DNA of 26,461 bases from a virus (Duplodnaviria > Heunggongvirae > Uroviricota > Caudoviricetes). Of the stretch, positions 6,537 to 12,764 are shown piece by piece. Positions within the stretch are counted from its first letter, which is position 1, and each line of letters starts with the position of its first letter. The position numbers were made by a program, and so were the translations under genes. Location: the IMG/VR virus record IMGVR_UViG_3300009164_000055. One strand, written 5' to 3'. Below the pieces are notes generated by a model. The model was not told the DNA's origin, searched no databases, and saw nothing but the letters and a program-made list of their open reading frames with translations.

Positions 6537-7184
6537 ATGAAGAAACTACTAATTGCCCTACTGCTAATCTTAGCACCATCTACTGCATTCGCTTCACAAT
6601 GTGATCAATTCTTTCCAAATGGTAAAGAGATTGTAGTACCAAAGACTGTGGTTCTCTGTAACTCATTCTTTGTTACTGTGTATGATCCTGCTAATCAAGC
6701 TAATGTGTTTTCTTCTGAAATTGCACAGGCAAGAACTGCCAAGACAGTAAGAACAAATGATTTTCGTCCAGACAAGCGTATTGCTAATGCGCCTACACCA
6801 GACGATTATACCAACACTGGATATGACCGTGGCCACATGGTTCCTGCTGCTGATGCTGATGAGCCTATTGAGATGAGCGAAACATTCCTCATGACCAATA
6901 TGACACCACAGCTACCTTCAGTCAATCGTGTTGCATGGAAGAACCTTGAAGAGCGTGTACGTTCTGTGCCGTTCACATATGTTGTAACTGGTGCTCACTA
7001 CCCTACCAATCCTACTCGTATCGGTAAGCGTGGTGTTCCTGTTCCTGACATGCTATACAAGGTAGCGTTCTTTGCTGATGGAAAGACTGCTGTCTACATT
7101 GTAGACAATGTTGTTCCTAAGTCAACTATTTCAACAATGTCGCTTGAAAAGCTAGAGGATATCCTTGGCTACAAATTAAGGTAA
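6537..7184 (+). CDS. secreted DNA/RNA non-specific endonuclease (Serratia/NucA beta-beta-alpha-Me family)
   Basis: Signal peptide MKKLLIALLLILAPSTAFA; YDRGHMVPAAD; NMTPQ...NRVAWKNLE. Confidence 0.9.
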   Translation: MKKLLIALLLILAPSTAFASQCDQFFPNGKEIVVPKTVVLCNSFFVTVYDPANQANVFSSEIAQARTAKTVRTNDFRPDKRIANAPTPDDYTNTGYDRGHMVPAADADEPIEMSETFLMTNMTPQLPSVNRVAWKNLEERVRSVPFTYVVTGAHYPTNPTRIGKRGVPVPDMLYKVAFFADGKTAVYIVDNVVPKSTISTMSLEKLEDILGYKLR

Positions 7185-7188
7185 TTAT

Positions 7189-7392
7189 GTGAGAAATTTA
7201 TATAGATTTGGTCTGTGTCTATTGATGGCTATGTTTTTTAATGAAATGCTTTGGTTCAATAGTACAAACACAGACGTGGCTAACTTTTCACTTATGGTTG
7301 GCTTCCTGTTGCTGCTTGAAAAACTTTTGATTTCAATTACATTTGAGCACATACAGAATGAGATTAGAAAGGCTAAGGAAAATAAAAAATGA
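7189..7392 (+). CDS. small membrane protein
   Basis: GTG start, two hydrophobic segments, ATGA overlap with the next gene. Confidence 0.55.
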   Translation: MRNLYRFGLCLLMAMFFNEMLWFNSTNTDVANFSLMVGFLLLLEKLLISITFEHIQNEIRKAKENKK

Positions 7393-7820
7393 CTGATTGG
7401 CATAAGCGTTTCCTTGATCTATGTGAACATATTGCCACGTGGTCAAAAGACCCTAGTACAAAACTAGGCTCTGTTATTGTAGATGACAAGAAGCGTATCG
7501 TTTCTGTTGGTTACAATGGCTTTCCACGTGGTGTAGATGATCGTGATGATCGTTATAATGACCGCCCAACAAAATATCTATTTGTGGCACATGCAGAGCG
7601 AAATGCTCTTGACAATGCGCCTATGATGGTAGATAACTGTACTCTGTATGTTACCCTACTACCATGTAATGAATGCGCTAAGTCGATAATTCAAAAGGGT
7701 ATTACTACTGTGGTGACATATCGCCCAACAAGGGAAGATGTGTTCAATTGGAATATCACTCTATCCATGTTTAATGAAGCAGGGGTTGAAGTGATTTATG
7801 TGGAGAATGAAAATGCTTAA
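7389..7820 (+). CDS. cd: dCMP deaminase
   Basis: WSKDPSTKLG, GYNGFPRG, HAERNA and PCNEC zinc motifs. Confidence 0.92.
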   Translation: MTDWHKRFLDLCEHIATWSKDPSTKLGSVIVDDKKRIVSVGYNGFPRGVDDRDDRYNDRPTKYLFVAHAERNALDNAPMMVDNCTLYVTLLPCNECAKSIIQKGITTVVTYRPTREDVFNWNITLSMFNEAGVEVIYVENENA

Positions 7821-7992
7821 GACCCTTTATGATAATTTTATCATTGCATTTTTTTCCTCAATCTTTGCTGCTCTTACAATTTTGATTGTAACTGGTGTGA
7901 ATTGGGGATATAATGGATTTTGGTTTAATACAATTTTGTTTACGATCATTTTCACAATCGTGGATTTGATTAAGCGTAAAATGGAGAAGTAA
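7813..7992 (+). CDS. small membrane protein
   Basis: ATG at 7813 after GGAG; two TM segments. Confidence 0.6.
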   Translation: MLKTLYDNFIIAFFSSIFAALTILIVTGVNWGYNGFWFNTILFTIIFTIVDLIKRKMEK

Positions 7993-7996
7993 TATA

Positions 7997-8242
7997 ATGG
8001 CAATTGAAGATAAGGAACTGTTCGTTAAGACAGTTAAGGATATCATGATTCCTGTAGCGTGTGGGTTGGGATATATTTTTCTCACTCTATTGCTAACGAC
8101 AATGTGGTTTCCATTCTTTTTCATCATGGTTATGATCGCCTTTGGAGGCATCATCACGTTCTCTACATATAAAGAACGTCTAAGAATTAAAAAGCATGAC
8201 GAAGAGCTTGAAAAACTTTATAGTACTACTCGTCATCGCTGA
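7997..8242 (+). CDS. small membrane protein
   Basis: GGAG SD; two TM segments followed by a basic tail. Confidence 0.65.
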   Translation: MAIEDKELFVKTVKDIMIPVACGLGYIFLTLLLTTMWFPFFFIMVMIAFGGIITFSTYKERLRIKKHDEELEKLYSTTRHR

Positions 8243-8248
8243 TAAATA
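8242..8248 (+). promoter_or_regulatory. T4-type late promoter core (ATAAATA)
   Basis: Lies immediately 5' of the first hairpin of the hsp20 leader. Confidence 0.55.
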
Positions 8249-8249
8249 G

Positions 8250-8378
8250 ATCGAACCACTGCCTATCGGTTGTTGGTTAATCGAGGTTTTCATGGTTGTG
8301 CCAGCGTAGCAAAACAACCATGTCCTTACGCCTAATGGGTAAGGATTTTAACACTCGCTTAATAGGAGCACTAGTATG
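8250..8378 (+). promoter_or_regulatory. four-hairpin 5' leader, ROSE-like RNA thermometer candidate
   Basis: Hairpins at ~8251-8284, 8291-8322, 8323-8345 and 8354-8368. The last pairs UCGCU with the AGGAG SD, leaving a bulged G, upstream of a small heat-shock gene. Confidence 0.65.
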
Positions 8379-8858
8379 AATTATATTAACTTTCCATCTG
8401 CTAAAGACTTTGACAAGTTTTTTGTAGGATTTGAGCCTCTTGTAAAGAAGATGGCTGAGAACACAGAGCAAGCAGTAAAGTTTGCATCAAAGTATCCCCC
8501 ATACAACATCAAGAAGATTGATGAAAACAAGTACACCATTGAAATGGCTGTTGCTGGATTTGGTAAGCAAGACATTGAAGTCGAACTTGCTGGAAGCAAT
8601 CTTATTGTTAAGGGTAATGTCCAATCCGGCGAACCTGCTGAACAAGATTCAAAGGGTGAATGGACTTGGCCATCCTTTATATACCAAGGTCTTGCAATGC
8701 GTCCTTTCACACGTCAATTCACACTTGCTGATAACGTAGAGATTAAGAACGCTGAACTACTTAACGGAATTCTTAAGATCGTTCTGGAAGCTATTATTCC
8801 AGATGAAAAGAAGCCAGTTAAGATTGAAATTGCTGAACCAGAAACAAAGGGTAAGTAA
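8376..8858 (+). CDS. hsp20: small heat shock protein (Hsp20/IbpA family)
   Basis: YPPYNI, IEMAVAGF, YQGLAMRPFTRQFTLAD, AELLNGILKI, PxKIEI tail. Confidence 0.93.
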   Translation: MNYINFPSAKDFDKFFVGFEPLVKKMAENTEQAVKFASKYPPYNIKKIDENKYTIEMAVAGFGKQDIEVELAGSNLIVKGNVQSGEPAEQDSKGEWTWPSFIYQGLAMRPFTRQFTLADNVEIKNAELLNGILKIVLEAIIPDEKKPVKIEIAEPETKGK

Positions 8859-8954
8859 ATGCCAAGCGTATTAACTGTATCAAGAGTGGGTCATATTGTC
8901 ACCCTTAGTGTTTTGGCAATCTTGATGTTTACCTTTATAGCATCTATCTTGTAA
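8859..8954 (+). CDS. putative 31-aa membrane peptide
   Basis: ATG directly after the hsp20 stop: MPSVLTVSRVGHIVTLSVLAILMFTFIASIL*; single hydrophobic helix. Confidence 0.45.
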   Translation: MPSVLTVSRVGHIVTLSVLAILMFTFIASIL

Positions 8955-8968
8955 GAAGGTATAATAAA

Positions 8969-9358
8969 ATGAAAAGGCAACTCTGGTTTACACTTGGCAT
9001 TCTATCTCTAGGGATGGCTTATGTCGGTATTGTAACACCGGGGTTGCCTTTTTCTCACTTTATCGTATTTGCAGCATTCTGCTTTAGTAAAAGTTCTAAG
9101 CGTATGCATGATTGGTTGTATAATCACAAACTGTTTGGTCCATTCTTAACAAACTGGACAGAGCATAAAGTATTTCCATTGAAGATGAAATATATGATGG
9201 TGGCTATGATGAGTTCATCTCTAGCCATTCTATGGTTTACAACACACAATTGGAAAGCAGCATTGGGTACAGGTATCACTATGGCTATCGTAGCTATATG
9301 GTCTTGGAGATATCCATCTACTGTTGAAGAAGCTAAGGCAAAGAAAAAGGGGAGCTAA
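8969..9358 (+). CDS. YbaN/DUF454-family inner membrane protein
   Basis: G..G...PGLP...F...AAFCF.KSS.R.H.WL.NH..FGP.L.NW pattern. Confidence 0.85.
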   Translation: MKRQLWFTLGILSLGMAYVGIVTPGLPFSHFIVFAAFCFSKSSKRMHDWLYNHKLFGPFLTNWTEHKVFPLKMKYMMVAMMSSSLAILWFTTHNWKAALGTGITMAIVAIWSWRYPSTVEEAKAKKKGS

Positions 9359-9369
9359 AAACTCCCCTT
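9341..9369 (-). terminator. intrinsic terminator for the minus-strand lysis transcript
   Basis: AAGGGGAG-ctaaaaa-CTCCCCTT stem (9347-9369); the A-run 5' of it on + reads as a U-tract on the minus strand. Confidence 0.7.
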
Positions 9370-9373
9370 CCCC

Positions 9374-9422
9374 TTTATACCCTATAGGGTATATTTTTAT
9401 TTTATACCCTATAGGGTATATT
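9374..9422. repeat. two tandem 22-bp direct repeats, each containing a perfect 18-bp palindrome
   Basis: TATACCCTATAGGGTATA at 9376-9393 and 9403-9420 (27-bp period), between convergent genes. Confidence 0.9.
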
Positions 9423-10596
9423 ATGCCCAACCAGCAAACTGCTGTGTCTTCTTAATACGATCATCAAGACCATGTGTACCACCATTAACTCTCTTGGAGA
9501 TTTGTGTGATCACAGGGACACTGATGCCCTTATCGGCAACTGCTAGCAATGAATTTTTACGGAAGAACCATAGAGCAGATTCAAACGCAAGTTCACCAGC
9601 AACGATATCAGGATTAGTCAATACGTCTGGGCGACCAACAGCGGCTGCAAATGCAGTGTAGTTGTCTTTCCCGGTTAATTGAATAGGTCCACGTCCACGA
9701 AACTTATAGCCATCACCTGAGCTTTCAGGTCCATTGCCCATACGACTTGCATAAACCTTATTAGCAATTTTTTCTGGCTTACGTGCATATCCTGCTGTTG
9801 AAGCAATAGTAGGAAAGTACTTCTTAAAGATACCATTGAGTCCCTTATCTGAGTAGTTAAGGTTTTCGCTGAATGCCTTGAAGTTTCCAGACTCATGTGC
9901 ACACTGTCCAAAGAAGTGAGCAGCCTGATTGTTTGTTAGTTTGAAGAAGTCACGAGCAGCCTTATAAGTGCCCGGTCCCCATTTGCCATCTGCGGTGATG
10001 CCACACTTAGCTTGAAGCTGAGCCAATGGACCCAATCCTGAAGCTGCCTTTGGTGCAGCAGTAGCAACAGTTGCTACTGCTGCGGCTGTCACAGGAGCAC
10101 CAGCGTCCTTTGTTGTTGAAGGATCAAAGTCTGCAACAGGAACATAAGTTGTTCCACCAGCCTTTGTCTTCTTAGCAATCAGACGTTGCTTACGATTGCC
10201 GCCTTCCTTCTTGATTGATGTGTGTACCCAACCAGAATTCTTATCACCAGCGGTGTAGAATTCAAGGATAACCTGATCGAATTCAAGATTGTCTGCAACC
10301 CAATCGGCAACAGTCTTATTGTCAACACCTTCAATCTCATAGTCAACAGCTTGACCGTTAACGTGTTGAGAAGTTTTTGAGCCACCAACTGCCTTATTAA
10401 CAGCAGGTGCACGATATGAAGAATTAATCTTGACTGACTTGCCAAAGTGTGCTCTAACAGGCTCAAGAATTTTCTCGCATACATACTTCATGTTTTCGAG
10501 ATGTTCTGGTGTTGGGTTATTTGAAAGCCCCAATCTTTTTGCAGTAGGGGAAGCAGTTAATTCTTCTACAGTAAAATGTTCAGTTAGTTTTGTCAT
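9421..10596 (-). CDS. modular endolysin: M15 peptidase + Ala-rich linker + PG-binding-like segment + GH19 glycosidase
   Basis: SSYR...SQHVNGQAVD...WVH (M15 Zn motif); LQAKCGITADGKWGPGT; AHFFGQCAHESG, ENLNYS and FRGRGPIQLTGKDNY (GH19). Confidence 0.88.
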   Translation of the reverse strand: MTKLTEHFTVEELTASPTAKRLGLSNNPTPEHLENMKYVCEKILEPVRAHFGKSVKINSSYRAPAVNKAVGGSKTSQHVNGQAVDYEIEGVDNKTVADWVADNLEFDQVILEFYTAGDKNSGWVHTSIKKEGGNRKQRLIAKKTKAGGTTYVPVADFDPSTTKDAGAPVTAAAVATVATAAPKAASGLGPLAQLQAKCGITADGKWGPGTYKAARDFFKLTNNQAAHFFGQCAHESGNFKAFSENLNYSDKGLNGIFKKYFPTIASTAGYARKPEKIANKVYASRMGNGPESSGDGYKFRGRGPIQLTGKDNYTAFAAAVGRPDVLTNPDIVAGELAFESALWFFRKNSLLAVADKGISVPVITQISKRVNGGTHGLDDRIKKTQQFAGWA

Positions 10597-10606
10597 ATTT
10601 TATTCC

Positions 10607-11059
10607 TTAGAATGGTCCGTGATCTTCATCAGATTCGTGATACTTGTTTACAAGTTCCTGTTCCTTGGCTTCATTATCGATTTCGATTGATCTTGCCTTG
10701 GCTTCTTCTGTACGAGCTTCAGCCATTCTTTTATGGTCTGTCTTACCTAATTCTTGGACTTTGACATTAGGATCAAAATCGGTAGTTTTCATACCCATCA
10801 TGGTAGCGAATGCGCCGACAAAAGCACCAACAATAGTTGAGAATGCAGGGCCAATAATTTTGAAGATTTCATTGTTGTCAATTACGGTGTTTGGTACAAA
10901 TAGTCCAACCATCATAGTAAATACAACAGCAACCATGATTAGACCAAGGATGAATGCAGCCATCTTCATGATAGTTAGCTGGATTTTACCCTTTGCAATT
11001 TCAAGGTCTTGAAGAGTATTTACTTTCTCTTCACTTGTGATAAATGATAGCAATCCCAT
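10607..11059 (-). CDS. two-TM membrane protein, holin candidate
   Basis: Two long hydrophobic helices and a charged C-terminal tail; directly upstream of the endolysin in the same transcription unit. Confidence 0.55.
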   Translation of the reverse strand: MGLLSFITSEEKVNTLQDLEIAKGKIQLTIMKMAAFILGLIMVAVVFTMMVGLFVPNTVIDNNEIFKIIGPAFSTIVGAFVGAFATMMGMKTTDFDPNVKVQELGKTDHKRMAEARTEEAKARSIEIDNEAKEQELVNKYHESDEDHGPF

Positions 11060-11149
11060 ATTTTCTCCAATTCATGTGTGTTATTTTTTTTGTTGACTTA
11101 TCCATTCACATGATGCAAAGATAACAATGGGATTCGTATTCCAACCAAC

Positions 11150-11157
11150 TATTTATA
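11150..11157 (-). promoter_or_regulatory. T4-type late promoter for the lysis cassette
   Basis: TATTTATA on + equals TATAAATA on -, about 90 nt upstream of the holin-candidate ATG. Confidence 0.75.
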
Positions 11158-11171
11158 AAATTGGAGATTAT

Positions 11172-12749
11172 ATGCATTGCATACATTGCAACTCTGACAA
11201 CCTAAAGAAGCTAGGAATGCGCTTCATGGGCAATCAGAAAGGCTTAGGCTATAAGTGTTTAGATTGTGGCGAAACCTTCGTGGTTCCTACTACCACAAAT
11301 GATGCTGGTGAGGAAGAAGAAGATTTTACTATCAATGATGACCTTCATTACGTTCGTGATGCAGAATTCATTGATGATCTTCTCAACTCACAGGTGTTCG
11401 TGTTTACATGTGCTGTCAATAATACAGAAGTAAATGAAAAGTTTTTGGGTTCACTTCAGAAGTATTGCGCTCATCGTTCTGCACGTCTTGTAATCTTTCC
11501 GATTCGCTATCGTAATCCATCAATGATTAATACCAGTGATGAAGTTGATTATCCTGCCAGTATTGTTCCATATCTTGTGGAAAACAATATTGATCTACTG
11601 TCAAATGTTCGTGCTCTTGGTGGTCTGAAAACACAGGCTACAACTGAGAACCCGTTAACAGGGGTTGACGGTATGTCAAAGGGTGCTTCGCTTATTATCG
11701 GGCATCCACAAGTTGCACTAAAGACCCTTCCTCGAAATGCTGATAAGTATCCAGCGATTGTCACCACAACTGGTGCTATCACTGAAAAGCACTACAGCAC
11801 AACAAAGATGGGCTATAAGGCAGCGTTTAACCATTCAATGTCAGCAGCAGTTGTTGAGATTGATCACGAAGGGGACTTTTTTATCCGCCATCTGAATTTT
11901 GATGGTGAGGGATTTTACGATGTTAACGGCTATTATACTAGTGACACTGTGGAACTTGGTCATAAGAAAACGCTAGGGATTGTAACTGGTGATGAACATG
12001 CCATCTTCTCTGATGAAGATGTTATTCGTGCCACATACTTTGCACATGATTCGATCATCGCAACTCTGAAGCCAGAGAAGATTGTTCGTCATGATATCCT
12101 TGATTCATATGCGATTAGTCACCACCACAAAAGAAGTTTCTTTACAATGTACGAGAAGCATCATTCACCAGATAAGCGTGGATCGATGCGTAAGGAAATG
12201 CTTGAAACTATTGGTTTTATTGATGCATCCACACCAAAGAATGCTGTCAATATCGTAGTAGCTGCTAATCATAATGATCATCTTTATCGTTGGTTAGATG
12301 CAACCAATCCTGATGTTGACTACGAAAATGCCTTGCTATTCCACGAGCTAAGGTACATGATGTTGCTTGCAAGAGAAGATTCTGGTAATATTCCTGAACC
12401 ATTCGAATTGTTCGCAAAGAATAAGCTGAAGAGCAATACTATTTTCCTTGGCCGTGACGGATCATACAAGATTGGGGATATTGAAATTTCCAATCATGGT
12501 GATGTTGGTGTCCATGGATCACGTGGTTCTTCGAAGCAATTCTCCAACCTACCAGTGAAAACAATTACTGGCCACTCACATTCCCCTGTCATTGACAAGG
12601 GCAACTACACTGTCGGTACGACAAGCGTACTGCGTCTTGAATATAACAAGGGTCTAAGTGCTTGGCATCATGCCCATGTTGTGGTATATCCAAACGGTAA
12701 GCGTCAGATGATTTTTATCGTAAACGGTAAATGGCGCAGGGTATCTTAA
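11172..12749 (+). CDS. Zn-ribbon + calcineurin-like metallophosphoesterase/nuclease, T5 A1-like
   Basis: GGAG SD then ATG at 11172; CxxC...CxxC N-terminus; GDEH, HD..D, ANHNDH, HGD and GHSH motifs. The 'FL.SL..YC....A.L..FPIRY.NP' segment is recalled from T5 A1-like proteins (not searched). Confidence 0.6.
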   Translation: MHCIHCNSDNLKKLGMRFMGNQKGLGYKCLDCGETFVVPTTTNDAGEEEEDFTINDDLHYVRDAEFIDDLLNSQVFVFTCAVNNTEVNEKFLGSLQKYCAHRSARLVIFPIRYRNPSMINTSDEVDYPASIVPYLVENNIDLLSNVRALGGLKTQATTENPLTGVDGMSKGASLIIGHPQVALKTLPRNADKYPAIVTTTGAITEKHYSTTKMGYKAAFNHSMSAAVVEIDHEGDFFIRHLNFDGEGFYDVNGYYTSDTVELGHKKTLGIVTGDEHAIFSDEDVIRATYFAHDSIIATLKPEKIVRHDILDSYAISHHHKRSFFTMYEKHHSPDKRGSMRKEMLETIGFIDASTPKNAVNIVVAANHNDHLYRWLDATNPDVDYENALLFHELRYMMLLAREDSGNIPEPFELFAKNKLKSNTIFLGRDGSYKIGDIEISNHGDVGVHGSRGSSKQFSNLPVKTITGHSHSPVIDKGNYTVGTTSVLRLEYNKGLSAWHHAHVVVYPNGKRQMIFIVNGKWRRVS

Positions 12750-12764
12750 TCTTAAGGGAGTTTC

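Noticed and set aside
9374-9422. CRISPR-like mini-array (also considered for 16440-16514)
   Set aside because: Only two units, with a 5-nt gap in one case and a 25-nt gap in the other; no cas genes in the window.
9230-9430. Minus-strand 66-aa ORF with repeated IYPIGYK
   Set aside because: The peptide repeat is just the translation of the tandem palindromes; the ORF is antisense to the YbaN-like gene.
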